This document shows positions 34,983-46,930 of a DNA stretch of 46,930 nucleotides, in pieces. Location of the stretch: the NCBI GenBank assembly GCA_040357565.1, contig JBDODJ010000084.1, one strand, 5' to 3'. This stretch comes from Cercozoa sp. M6MM (Eukaryota; Protista; Endomyxa: Ascetosporea). The position numbers were made by a program, and so were the translations under genes. The notes below the pieces were generated by a model that made no database searches, was not told where the DNA came from, and saw nothing but the letters and a program-made list of their open reading frames with translations. The first letter of the stretch is position 1, and every line of letters starts with the position of its first letter.

Positions 34983-36300
34983 TTACACATGCTGCACCGA
35001 CAGCAGCAGCGGCAGCACCGCCGGCAAGTTCTCCACGACACTCACTACCTCCGGGTGTCCCTCCTCCAGCCTGGAGGGGAGGGGGTAAAGGAGGTCAAGG
35101 GAGTCAAGATAAATACAGTACCGCACAGCATTTTAAACACATACACCGTTGATTCAATCATGTGTGCCGATACCTGGGGGAGCAAGGGGTAAAGAGGGGT
35201 AAAAGGGGGGGGGGGGTAAAAAGGTAAAAGATACAGGCAAGTGATGCTGCAGGTACAACACGTCGAACACGTCACTTCTGCCATACATAAATGGGGTAGG
35301 GGGGTAAAGGGCGGGGCAAGGCAGACCCACTGCTTCGGCCACAGCGGGTCGGCGTCCTGCGGCAGCAACTGCGACAATGAGTGGTTTCAACTGCACACGC
35401 ACACACACCTTTACCTTGTCTTATCCCCTCTTACCCTCTCTTACCTCCTGTTACCCCTCTTACCAGTTCGATGAATTCGAGCCTGCAGAAACACAGAATG
35501 ATGGGTCAAGAGGGGGGTAAAGGAGTAAAGGAGGGTACGCATGCACGGCCATGTCGACAGGAAACGCGAGCGTCGCTGCCGACACTACGCGCAGAGCATC
35601 TACTCCCCAGTCCATATATACCATCCATACGTACCAACCATCCCAACCCCGTCCAAAACAGACAGAAACACGGAGGTACCACCCGACGTAGTCAGCGAAG
35701 CTGTTGTGCACACGGACTCCGGCCTCGGAGTTCTCGATCTGCGAGGGGGTTAACAGGGAGGTATAAGGGGGTGGTAAACAGGGGTAAACAGGGGTAAAGG
35801 GGGGGGGGGGGGGTAACAAAGCTACCAGCTTGAAGAGTTCGCGTCGCGCCCCGTCGACCTCTTTCTGCGCTTACCCCGAGCCGTTTATGGGGGTAAACAG
35901 GGGGNNNNNNNNNNNNNNNNNNNNNNNNNNNNNNNNNNNNNNNNNNNNNNNNNNNNNNNNNNNNNNNNNNNNNNNNNNNNNNNNNNNNNNNNNNNNNNNN
36001 NNNNGGGGGGGGGGCAAAGAGGGGGTAAAGAGGGGGTAAAGAGAGGGGGTAAAGAGGGGTAAAGTCCAAGGCACCTCCAGTAACGTCTCTGGCGACAGAG
36101 CACACGGAAAGTCGCTCCGCTCCGCTCACCTTCCTACTCCCTCACCTTCCTACTCCCTTCTTATAGCCATATCTTACCCCCCCTTGTTGGCAAGCCAGAC
36201 GTCCTGTTCGCAATGTGGCGCGAACCCGTCAGCTCTCGGAGAATGATGACACCCTAATGATGATTTATCATTATCTATACCATCCTTTTAGTGTGCATTA
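34983..36300 (-). CDS. Hypothetical protein interrupted by a 100-N gap; weak resemblance to an M14 carboxypeptidase C-terminus
   Basis: Spliced exons QKEVDGARRELFKL|IENSEAGVRVHNSFADYVG..|..SSGSDVFDVLYLQHHLP|VSAHMIESTV|LEEGHPEVVSVVENLPAVLPLLLSVQHV*. The 5' end is unresolved and the coordinate 36300 is approximate. Confidence 0.4.
35076..36064. repeat. Interspersed GGGGTAAA / TTTACCCC degenerate repeats filling successive introns
   Basis: Examples at 35186-35230, 35410-35465, 35511-35536, 35760-35818 and 36005-36064. Confidence 0.85.
35905..36004. other. Assembly gap (100 N)
   Basis: N run flanked by G-rich repeats. Confidence 0.99.
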
Positions 36301-36821
36301 ATTACGGCTTCAGTCATGCAATTTCGCAAGCAAAACAGCGCGCAGTCTGCCAGCGATTTCGCCAGCTGTGATAATTGAAGGGGAGGTATAGGGGTAGGGT
36401 AACAGCAAAGGTGTAAAGGAGCTAAAACGGTAAACCTGTTCAACAACTTCTGTCTTAAGTCGTACCATTGGAGCAAACTGAATGAATGACGGACTGCCGG
36501 CAGTTGTTACCAGGCAGCATCAATAAAAAATGCTCAGTAATTACGGCGTAATTACAAACCCTTCAGTTGTTCTCGGGCACCGTCGCGTCCAGATATAACT
36601 GAATGATGGGGCAGCCCGGAGTCGCGGGGGGCGTTTTTTTTTTAAAATCCAGCCGTTCCCGGGACATACCCTGATGATGATGTACTAACGCACATGCACG
36701 TCAACATCATGTCAATACATCAATGAGAACGCACGCAATAGAATGGCAGGCATCAGAACGAGAAGCCGATCGTGTTTTAGTCCAATCCCACCTGCCGAGT
36801 TTAGCCTCATCGTTCGCTACA

Positions 36822-39686
36822 CTAGATCGTGGGGTCATGGTCCAGGGCAGCATGTTCTAGCGAGGTGCCACTAGTCGATGGCGAGAACGGACGACCAGTC
36901 AGTGGATCCGCGGCTACTCACACTCGGCATAAAAGTCACCAAGTACGTTCAAGTGTGCTGTGCTACATGGGTCCTCTTCAACGTATTCGTCCGTGTGGAG
37001 CAAGGCCGTCGTCGAATCCACGGGTTTTCGTCTGCATAGCATACTCTCATCGTGACACACGAGTTCACACTTGCGAGATAGTACTTTCTAACGGCGACAC
37101 TCTTCGCACGACGACGCTTTCGCACCGAACGCGAATTGTGGTGCGCGAACTGAGCACACACAGAGAGACATGATGTTGTGGGCAAGGAGACACATAACAC
37201 AAAGGTGTACCTGCAACTCAGCAACGACCGCACTGTCGACCGGGTACCGCCAAATGCAGAACAAGGACAGCAGCACGCCTGCACACGCACAAAATATGTC
37301 CATGGGTCACACACACACAGACACACAGACACACACACACANNNNNNNNNNACACACAGACACACACACACAGACACACACACACACAGACACACAGACA
37401 CACACACAGACACAGACCCAGACACAGACACAGACACAAAGACACACAGACACACACAAACAAACACATACACAGACAAAGACACACACAGACACACAAA
37501 CAAACACAGACACAGACACACACAGGGTATAAAGCTACCAACGACAGGAGCGGCGCTCACAAGCATCCGCAGACACATGACCACCGAGTCGGGCACCGGC
37601 TCCGGATCCTCGTCATCGTCATCGTCGCCGGTTTTGGCATTGTAGCCGGCAAAGTGCAGACCCATGTTGATGATGGCCTGTCGTACCAGCACAACAACAC
37701 CTCTTTGTCACACACCAGACGAGGACTCGCAAGAGAGCAACTGACCAGAGCGAGACCAACGCCGAACTTTTGGAAGAACACAAAGTAGGAGAACCACATG
37801 CCTTGCCTCGTCTAAACAGACACACACATACAACATGACCCACAAAAGAGAACTACTCAAGGGTAGCAACAAATACCTGGCCAGTGCGCGCCGTGTCGAG
37901 TGCAATCACGTCGGCCAGCATCGACCACGGGAAGAAGTAGGCACCGCCAAAACCGAGACCGATCACGACGGCCACAGCGATCAGGTAGCCACTCGGCGGG
38001 CGTTCCTTGAACCTACCCCAAAGAGTGATTGATCAACAGTGTCATATCAACGGTGTCATAGACGGTGTGGGTTAACAGTCAGAGAAACCGTACGTGCCCA
38101 GAATGACAACGCCGATACACATGATACTCAGCGACAGTGCGAAACTCAGCTTCTTGCCCAGGCGGTGAATAATGGCGGCCTACCCAAGGTCATTGTGACA
38201 CACCTGACTGGGGGGGGGGGATACGTACCCAAAACGGCAGTGCCAGCGCAGCAATGGCCAGCGTTGGCACCAGCAGGAACGTAAAGGCCTCAGTGGCGTC
38301 CCACACGATCGACACAAACAGCAGCATCTGTACGCACAACAGAGACGAGATACAATAAATATGGCACTACAAGAGAGACGAGGCACCGTGTTTTGCACGA
38401 AGCACACGCCCATCCACGCGCACAGGTAGGCCATCGTGAGCCACACGAAGCCCTTGTCCTTGAGGGCCACCTTCAGTCCGTTCAGGAAGCCTGTAGACAG
38501 TGGTTTGGGTAGGGTACCACACACACGCGCGCGCGCACACGCACACAGGTGCAGGTATAACCTGGAGTACCCATGGAGTCAGGCACAGTGCGCTGCTCGC
38601 GCGGCAGTTCCGTCACTAGCGACACGCAGATGATCGGACACAGCACGACCAGGGCGGTGCCGAACATGCTGCCCAGCTCGTAGCCGCGCTTGCCTGCAAG
38701 TGCACAGGATACACATACACACATACACATACACACATACACACGGACAGGATATCAGTACCCTCCTGCTCGTCCGAGTACTTGCCGATGAGAGCGCCGA
38801 ACACGGTAGCGGCCGTCAGCAAGAAGAGCAGGTTGCAGAACTGCCGGTACTTGAGCAAGGCGTTGCGCTCGCGGTCATTGCGGCCCATCTCGCTCTGCAG
38901 CGTCGTGTAAGGGATGAAGAAGCAGCCTGCACACGAAGGATATCTGACACCCGCAAAAACTTCGGTATTTGGAGACAGATGGCATACCGATAGCCGTGTT
39001 CAGCGAGCAGTACATCAGCAGGTAATACAGGAAGCGGTAAGTGCCTGGGGGCACAGGCGGTCGCCACAAGAAAAAGAACAGTGTTGCCTGCACACACACA
39101 GCACAAACATAGGGACGTACAGTGTGTTCGAACAGCAAGAACGTACGGAAGGCAGAGCGGCCGCAATCATCCAAGGCCGCCTTCTGCCGAACCGCGTGTC
39201 TGTTCGGTCGCACAGGTAGCCCACAAACGGGTCGACCAGGCCATCCCAGACACGGCCGACCTGGGCAAGACAGTCGTGTGAATCAAATGCAACAGCTAAC
39301 CATGTGTGTGTAAGTGTGTGTCTGTCTGTGTAGTGTTGTGTACCATGAGGATAACACCGACTTGCGCAGGAGGCACAAGGGCCACTTCCAGCAAGAACGC
39401 GTTCAGAAAGAACGACACCGTCGTCGTTGCGATTGAAAAGGCCCCAGACCCGAGTCCTGTACTCCATACGACACATACACGACACATCCATAACTGTCAA
39501 GAAGTTACCAAAGCCGAGCTTCCTCCTGAATGGCAGCGAGTCAACATCGGGCGGCCGGGTACCGATCTCGAGTTCCTGTGATGGAGTAAAACAGACCGTG
39601 CTTAGTTAGAGCACATAAATGCAAGCTGTCGGATGTACCTCGACGACGAAGTTATCCTGCTCGGCAGTCGTAAAGTCATCGGGCAT
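36822..39686 (-). CDS. MFS transporter of the GPH/MelB-MFSD2 family
   Basis: [63 protein letters not shown], and about 12 hydrophobic segments. ATG at 39686; stop TAG at 36822-36824. Confidence 0.88.
37308..37524. repeat. Compound (AC)n/(ACAGAC)n microsatellite spanning a 10-N gap
   Basis: Directly visible; intron of the MFS gene. N run at 37342-37351. Confidence 0.95.
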
Positions 39687-40022
39687 CTTTCGGGTCCCGC
39701 GCAGGTGAATGAAGTGCGTGGCGCCCGCACGTCAAACTCGTGCTTTTTGCCGTTTGTGCGATGCGTCGAAACTCGTCAACACACCTCACTCACCGCAGCA
39801 CTACACTCTTGCAATCGCGCCTGGTGACGATGCGCGATCGCTGAGTGCGGTCTCCAGATGAAAGGGTGCCCACCACGTCGCTCAAAACGGTCTAAGTCCG
39901 TTTGGACCGTTGTTGTCAACGATACAATAAAAACCCACCTACGATCGTCCCGGCGCTCCACACCGCGTTCCGCGCACAGACCTGACATCGTGTATCTAAG
40001 TGAGGTGCTGCCAGCGAGCGAA

Positions 40023-42637
40023 ATGGGTCGTAAGAAGTCTAAGAAGCAGCGTCGGTGAGAAGAAAATTTTTGATCCGTTCTCTTCTTCATCCCTCGGGTT
40101 TTTTCGTGCTTTCTCTCCAATGTACTCGTTTTGCCTCGCACCAAGGGTGTATTTTAATGACTTTGGTGCACTGGCATTTTTGTATGACGGATTGAATGCT
40201 AAAAGCTCAATGGAGCGACGAGCTCTGAGTTTTCTTCACATTTTCTCGTGCCTCTCATTTTGCCGTTCCTATCGTTTGCGTTTTGTAGCGTCTTTGACGA
40301 CGAAGAAGACGTGGTGTCGACGTCCGCCACTGACAACTCGTGGGAAGACGAAGACGAGGAGGAGATACCCATGCCGGTGCCGAAGAAGAAGGTGTCGGCT
40401 TTCGCTGAGTTCGAGGACGACGACGCTGATGACTGGTGTGTTAACGATACCAAATTCTGTTCCGGGGTGTGACTGTGTATTTTGTGCACACATGTTGTTG
40501 CGCAGGGATGACTCTGAAGAGGAGGAGAAGCCGGCTCCGAAGAAGGTCGACAAGAAGCAGCTGAAGGCGGCGGTGTTCGAGGACGATGATGATGCCGACG
40601 ACTGGGGCGATGATGGCTGGGATGACGAGGATGTACGTTTTCTCTGACATCCACACCCCTCTCGGTGTGTCTGCAGTAACAACGATCTGTCTTTAAACAG
40701 GAAGAAGAACCCGAGCCCATCCCGCAGCCTGTCTCGGTAATTGCGATGTTGTGCTGTACTGTAATGTGACCCTCTCTGATAACTTGGCAGAAGAAAAAGA
40801 AGAAGAAGAACAAGAAGAAGAAGAAGAAGGAGCAGCCCAAGCTCGATGACTTTGAGGACGAGTTCGATGATGAGGAGGAGGATGTGGTATTACCCCCTAC
40901 CCCGAGCGATATCTAGCACCTGGATGCTCGGCTTTCTCAGAACCAGCCTGCTGCTCCGCGTCTCATGACCAAGGCCGAAAAGCGAAAGGTTCCTCTCTGT
41001 CATGCAAGTCGCAAACCACCCGTGCACTGCAGTTTTGCGCAGGCCAAGAAAGCCGCCAAAAAGTCTGCCAAGGGCAAGAAGGAACCGGCCAAGAAGCCCG
41101 CCAAGCAGGCCGAGCCTGAGCCGGTCTTTGACGATTTCGAGGACGAGGAAGACCTGCTCGACGAGCCTGTTGTTGGTACTTCAGTGCCCGATTCCTTCTA
41201 CATTTTGCATGTTACGGGTGTCTCTGTCTCCGAGCAGAGGAGGCGCCGCGTCTGATGACCAAGGCCGAAAAGAAGGCTGCCAAGAAGGCCAAGAAGAAGA
41301 AGAAGAAGGGCAAGAAGCAGCAGCAGCCTGAGGAGGAGTTCGAGCCTGAGCCTGAGCCTGAGCCAGTGCCCGAGCCTGAGCCTGAGCCAGTGCCCGAGCC
41401 TGAGCCTGAGCCTGAGCCGGTACCAGCTTTTCGCTTCTTGACGATTTGGGGAGGCATGAGTGTTGCGTGCAGAAGAAGGGCAAGAAGAACAAGAAGAAGA
41501 ACAAGAAGAAGAAGCAGCAGGAGGAGATTCTGCCCGAGCTTCCAGAGGAAGAGCCGGTACCCTTTGTTTTCGATCTGGTGTACCCTAGTGCATCTCTCTG
41601 TGTATCAGCAGGAGGAGTTCCTCGAGGAGGAGGAAGAATACGTCGAGGAGTGGACTGGTCCGCGAATCACGCAGAAGGAGCGTCTGGTATCTTCTCTGAA
41701 ATCGTTTCTTCTGGCCAACAGCACTGTTCCTTGCGTGAGCAGAAGATGGACCGCGAGCGTCGCAAGAAACGTCGTCAGAAGAAGCAGCAGAAGGGTGCCT
41801 TTCTGTTCCTTCCCTCTCGGATGATGAGATAATCGGTATTTAACATCATTACTACAGAGGAAGCCACCAAGCCTGTGCCCAAGCCGGCTGCGTCCAAGAA
41901 GAAGCCGAAGAAGCCCGAGCCCGAGCCCGAGCCGACGCCTGAGCCTGAGCCTGAGGAGGTGATTTTGCTGCGTTTGTTTCGCTTGCATGTTTGAAAGGTT
42001 GACAACGGAGTTTTTACGTTTCTGTAGGAGGAGATTGATGAGGCCGCGCTGGAGGCCGAACTTGAGGCCGAACTCGAGGCCGAACTCGCTGGTCTCGACG
42101 ACGAGCTTGGTAGAGTTCGGATTTTGGTGATTTTTATCTTTGGTTTCTTTTATTTTTGTAAAACATGTGACACAACAGAAGACATGGATCTGGAGGACTT
42201 TGAGGACGAGTTCGACGTTGAGCAGGAAGAGCAGACGCTCGAGCAGCTCGACGACGTCGACTTTGACTTTGAGGACTTGGATGAGGTGCGCACCCTTAGT
42301 TATAGTATATTTTATGTTCTTGGCAATATCTCCTGCCCTAGGATCTGGGCGAGTCGAACCTGCAACCGCAGACTGTGGGCGCTGTCGACCAGGCTGCTGT
42401 GTTACTCTCCATTTTCTTCTGCTCTGTGTTTTCTGTATTTTCCTGGACACTGAGGTGATTCGGCATTCTTGTGCAGCTGGCGCAAGACTGGGATGAGTTC
42501 GACGAGGAAGAGGAGGAGGAAGTGAAGAAGCCGCAGAAGCAAAAGTCGCAGCCGAAGACGCCGTCACCGCCGCCATCGGAAGCTCCGAAGAAGGCGCTGT
42601 CCAAGAAGGAGAAGAAGGCTGCTGCTAAGGCTGCTGT

Positions 42638-42694
<57 letters not shown>

Positions 42695-45670
42695 CGGCTT
42701 GACTGTACCCTTTAACATGTCTGTGCTGTGACAGCGCACGGCCGCTCTCGCCAAGAACCAGGCCTCGACGCAGTCGGTACAGGAGGCTCTTGAGTAGTTG
42801 TGGATGCAGTGCGTTGAACTAAATGTGTTCATGTGTGTGTGTGTGTGTGTGCTTGTGCAGTCGCGTTCGCCGATCTGCTGTGTGCTGGGTCATGTCGACT
42901 CTGGCAAGACCAAGATTCTAGACTACCTGCGTCGTACCAACGTGCAGGTACAATGCGCACTGCTTGGTTTGTTACCTTTTTGTATTTACCACCCTCTTGC
43001 TGTAGGACCGCGAGACTGGCGGTATCACGCAGCAGATTGGCGCCACTTTTGTGCCGGTAGTTTGACTATCTGTCTGTCTATCTATCTATCCATCTATCTA
43101 GGTACAGATAAATTTTTTGGAGGACAGGTTGACGCCATCCGCAAGGAAACCAAGGAGCTCAATGATATGCTTGGCGGACGTCTCGATTTCAAGCTGCCTG
43201 GGTACCTGCCTTCCTTGTTCTCTGTTTGCTTTACCCCCCCCCCCCCCACGTACCCACACAGTATGCTCGTGATCGACACGCCGGGCCACGCGTCGTTCAG
43301 CAACCTGCGAAACCGCGGTTCGTCACTGGCCAACATTGCCATCCTGGTTATCAACATCATGGGTACCTTCCACTCCCCGGGTCTAGGTGTCTCTTTGAGA
43401 AAACCTGTGTTGTGTGCACATAGAGGGAATCCAACCGCAGACGATCGAGAGCATCCAGCTGATGCGCGAGAACCGCGTGCCCTTCGTGGTGGCGCTCAAC
43501 CAGGTCGACCGTCTGTACCAGTGGCAGTCGGTCGAGAAGTCGCCGATCCAGAAGGCGCTTAAGCGACAGAACAAACGCGTGGGCTACGAGTTCGAGTACT
43601 CTTGTCTCTCCTGACCAGTCGACTGACTGGATGATTATTGTATATATGGTCTTTCTGATTTATGTTATATAACGGTGTGTGATAGGGACCGCGTGAACCA
43701 GATCGTGGCCGAACTGGCCGGTCAGCACATTAACGCGGCGCTTTACTGGAAGAACAAGGACATGCGCAACACCGTGTCGCTGGTGCCGACCTCGGCGCAC
43801 ACGGGCGAGGGCCTGCCTGACCTTATGGTATCCCTTACTTTGTGACCCCTTGACTTGACTCTTTGGCGCTTTGACCATATGGGGTGTTGACTCTTTGAAC
43901 AGGCCATGATCATGCAACTGACGCAAAAGTTCATGTCGGAACAGATGCGATTCGTGGCCGACCAGGTCGAGTGTACTGTGCTTGAGGTATCCCTGCTACA
44001 CTCATTGTCACACTCATTATCTGCTTCCGCGTGGATGCTGATAATTGTGTGACACAGGTCAAGCCGACGCCGGGTGTGGGCACAACGATCGACTGCGTGC
44101 TCAGCAATGGCCAGTTGTTCCTGGGCGAGACCATCGTACTGCCTGGCATGCACGGTCCCATTCGGTACTCCTGTCCTTTGCCCTCCTCCCCTTGCCCCTT
44201 ATCCCTTACCCCTCCTATACCCCCAGCACGACGATCAAGGCGCTGCTGACACCACCGCCGATGCGCGAGATTCGCGTCAAGAGCGACTACCAGCGCAACA
44301 AGTCGGTCACTGCCTCCGTCGGTGTCAAGGTAGTCTTGTCTGTTTAGTCTTGCACGTGCCCGATTGGACCGTCTGTGTCCACTGTTGGTCGGTGTTTGTA
44401 TCCGTGTTTGTACAGATCGCTGCCATCGGACTGGAGGATGCTATCGCCGGCAGCAACGTTCGCGTCGTGCGTCAAGGCGACGATGTCGACGAGGTAAGAG
44501 TTTCTCCAGACTGGACGGTCCAGTTGGACTGACATTTGTGTGTACTGAACATGTTGTACTGCCCTGTTTTTGTTAAGGTCATGGCCGAGGTCGAGGAGGA
44601 ACTTTTTTCGGTGCTCGAGTCGCACAAGAGCAAGACGGGCAAGGTAACCACCCCCCTCCATGCCACATGACTTACCCCTCCCCCTGCAGGGTGTCTACGT
44701 CATGGCCAGTACGCTCGGCTCACTGGAGGCGCTGCTCGACTTCCTGAGCGAGCACGACATTCCTGTAGCCTCCCTTTCCATCTGAGTCTCTGTGAGTTTG
44801 AAGGGTGCGATGTGTGTGTGTGTGTGCAATACAGGTACTCGATGTGGCACTGGGCGATGTCACCAAGAGGGACGTCTCCAAAGCTTCGACCATGCTCGAC
44901 TGTGGTCAGAAGGAGTACGCCAGTATCCTTGCCTTCAACGTCAACGCCTCTGCTGTGCCTTGTCCTACCTATGCCCCCTACCCTCTATATCCTACCCTCC
45001 CCACCATAGCTATATACCCGATGTTGTATGCTTCATACACCTTGTACCCTGATGTTGCCTACAGGAGGTGCGCAGCATGGCAGCCTCGCTGGGCGTGCGC
45101 ATCTTCACGGCCGAGATCATCTACCACCTGGAGGAGGCCTTCACCGAGTACCTCGAGCAGCTGCGTGAGGAGGTAGCCCTGCCTGTGAACTACCTTGCTA
45201 TTACATCAACCCATGCTTTGCGACAGAGACGTGCGGCCGCGACGGGCGACGCCGTGTTCCCGGTGGTGTGCGAGGTGCTCAAGGACCACGTGTACCACCA
45301 GCGCGACCCGATCATCTGTGGTGTCACCGTCAAGGCCGGCATCCTCAAGATCGGCACGCCGCTGTGCGCCATGTTTCAGCCCGAAAGTGGCGATCATCAC
45401 CACGTGCCGATCGGCAAGGTGCTCAGCATCCAGGCCAACGAGAAGGACGTGTCCTACGCGCGCGCTGGCCAGGAGGTCTGCGTCAAGATCGCACCCACCA
45501 ACGACAGCGGCCCCGTGCTCTACGGACGGCACTTTGACCACCGCAATCGTCTCTGCTCGATCATCTCGCGTGCCACCATCGAAGCGCTCAAGGCCAACTA
45601 CCGCGACGATATGGAGGACGACGACTGGCGTCTCATCATCCGTCTCAAGCCTTTCTTCGACATCCTGTAG
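40023..45670 (+). CDS. eIF5B: Eukaryotic translation initiation factor 5B (IF2 family GTPase)
   Basis: Long K/E/D-rich N-terminus starting MGRKKSKK. RSPICCVLGHVDSGKT, GGITQQIGAT, IDTPGH, PTSAHTGEG, GVYVMASTLGSLEALL, IIYHL, YGRHFD, ISRATIEALK..DWRLIIRLK. Confidence 0.95.
41342..41419 (+). repeat. (GAGCCT)n coding repeat giving (Glu-Pro)n in the eIF5B N-terminus
   Basis: Translates as EPEPEPEPVPEPEPEPVPEPEPEPEP. Confidence 0.9.
42642..42691. repeat. (CT)n microsatellite, intronic
   Basis: Directly visible after a gtacc donor in eIF5B. Confidence 0.95.
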
Positions 45671-46004
45671 TCCTCGCGCCTCGCCTACTCACACGACAGG
45701 CCGGTTGTCTCCTCGCGTCTAACGCGAAACACCTTTATTCACCTTAATCGCATAAACATGTGCTAAGCATTAGCGTAGTTTAACCACGCACCTTCATTGC
45801 GTCAGGGTTCGCGGGTCAGACTCGAGTGGTCAACATTCTATCTCAACTTGATCATGCTCTGCCCTGACAGTGCCAAAGCCTTTGGTACCACAAGTGTGCG
45901 CAGACGTGTGTGATTGCATTCTATTGCCTTGCCCTGACTTTTGTTCGAAGCGAGCTCGTTCTCTTTGGGGGGGCTGAGTCGTGCGTTGGCAGTCCTCCGC
46001 GTGG

Positions 46005-46882
46005 ATGTGGAGCGAACCTGCGGCCAAGCGCCGGCGCACGACGGTGGCGAGCGCGCCATCGCGTGCTGCCATGCCTTTGGTTGCCGCACGTGCTCGGGTA
46101 AGTGCGCTGTATTGTAGGGTGATCGAGTGAGATTGAACACCTTTTGTGTGCCCAGGCGTTGTTTTCGGCGGTGCCGTTTTTCATGAAGAATGCCACAGGT
46201 TCCTTGGCGCAGAAGCAAGAGAATCTACAGCAACAGCAGCAACAACTACTACAGACACAGTTAGAGCAACAGCAATACGAGCAGTCGCAGCAGCAGCAGG
46301 AGTCGATACAGCCGATCGAGACACCTGCGAGTCCGGGCTCTCTTGCGAAACACAGTGCTCCTGAGGGACTGCTACGTCGTGTGTTCTGCCACTTTATCCC
46401 CACCCATTTTGCCCTCCCCAGTTACTTCTTGTGCTTGCATTTTAGCCCTTTATGACCTTTAAACCTTTACCCCCCCCCCCCCCCCAGGAGCGACATCGTC
46501 TCGTTTCGTGCGGCCTGAGCCGTTTTTTAACACGCGACGCGCCGGCATGTCTAGTAAGTTGTATCTACGCCCTCCTACCTCTTTATCCTCCTCCATTCCG
46601 TACTCTTGTGCAACACAGGCATGTCGCCCAAGGAGCGCATGAAGGAACTGCTGCGGCGACAGCGACTGCTGCGACTGCTGCGTCGAGACCGTGTCATTCT
46701 CGGTCGCGTGGTAGACTCTTGTTTTTGCCCCCTCCTTAGCCCCTTTACCCCCATCTTACCTCCTTCCACAGAAGACAGTCGACAAGCTGCGCAAGGACGT
46801 GCACATTGTCATCAGGTAGTTTTGTGCGTGTGCTGCCTTTGTGTCTGTCTGTCTGTGTCTGTGTGTGTATCTTGTGTGTGTC

Positions 46883-46930
<48 letters not shown>
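46005..46930 (+). CDS. Hypothetical protein, 5' part, with NLS-like motif, poly-Gln tract and the possible start of an S1/OB domain
   Basis: MWSEPAAKRRR.., a Q-rich exon, then ..RLLRRDRVILGRV|KTVDKLRKDVHIVI. Runs off the right edge inside a (TG)n intron. Confidence 0.45.

Noticed and set aside
35076-36064. GGGGTAAA repeats considered as interstitial telomeric sequence
   Set aside because: The unit is not a permutation of TTAGGG or TTTAGGG, it is degenerate, and it is confined to introns.
6776-39686. PLD, flippase and MFSD2-like transporter as a lipid-metabolism gene cluster
   Set aside because: They are separated by many unrelated housekeeping genes; co-occurrence within 47 kb is plausible by chance.
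41605-42576. 323-aa minus-strand ORF within eIF5B
   Set aside because: Antisense shadow of low-complexity K/E-rich exons.

Overview
Eukaryotic (protist-like) nuclear DNA, gene-dense and very intron-rich. Introns are short GT-AG introns, mostly 45-130 nt, so the supplied ORF track only catches exon fragments; the gene models below were spliced by hand and exon boundaries are unverified. About 16 protein-coding loci are visible: a ribokinase + deoxyribose-phosphate aldolase (DeoC) fusion, a tetraspanin, a phospholipase D with an unusual N-terminus, an FtsJ/RlmM-like methyltransferase, a TBC RabGAP, the C-terminus of a P4-ATPase cut by an assembly gap, a NOL11/Utp8-like protein, a Yippee-domain protein, histone H1, a secreted M28 peptidase, an MFSD2/GPH-type transporter, eIF5B and several hypothetical proteins. 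A 1,334-bp DNA transposon with long TIRs and a perfect 9-bp target-site duplication carries a spliced non-transposase gene. The most interesting items are the 25-intron kinase-aldolase fusion (its junction intron hides a stop and a restart ATG), the PLD with a myristoylation motif and two 8-Cys repeats in place of PX-PH/C2, the passenger-carrying transposon, and donor sites that largely lack +4A and +5G. There are four N gaps. No rRNA, tRNA or CRISPR array was recognised.
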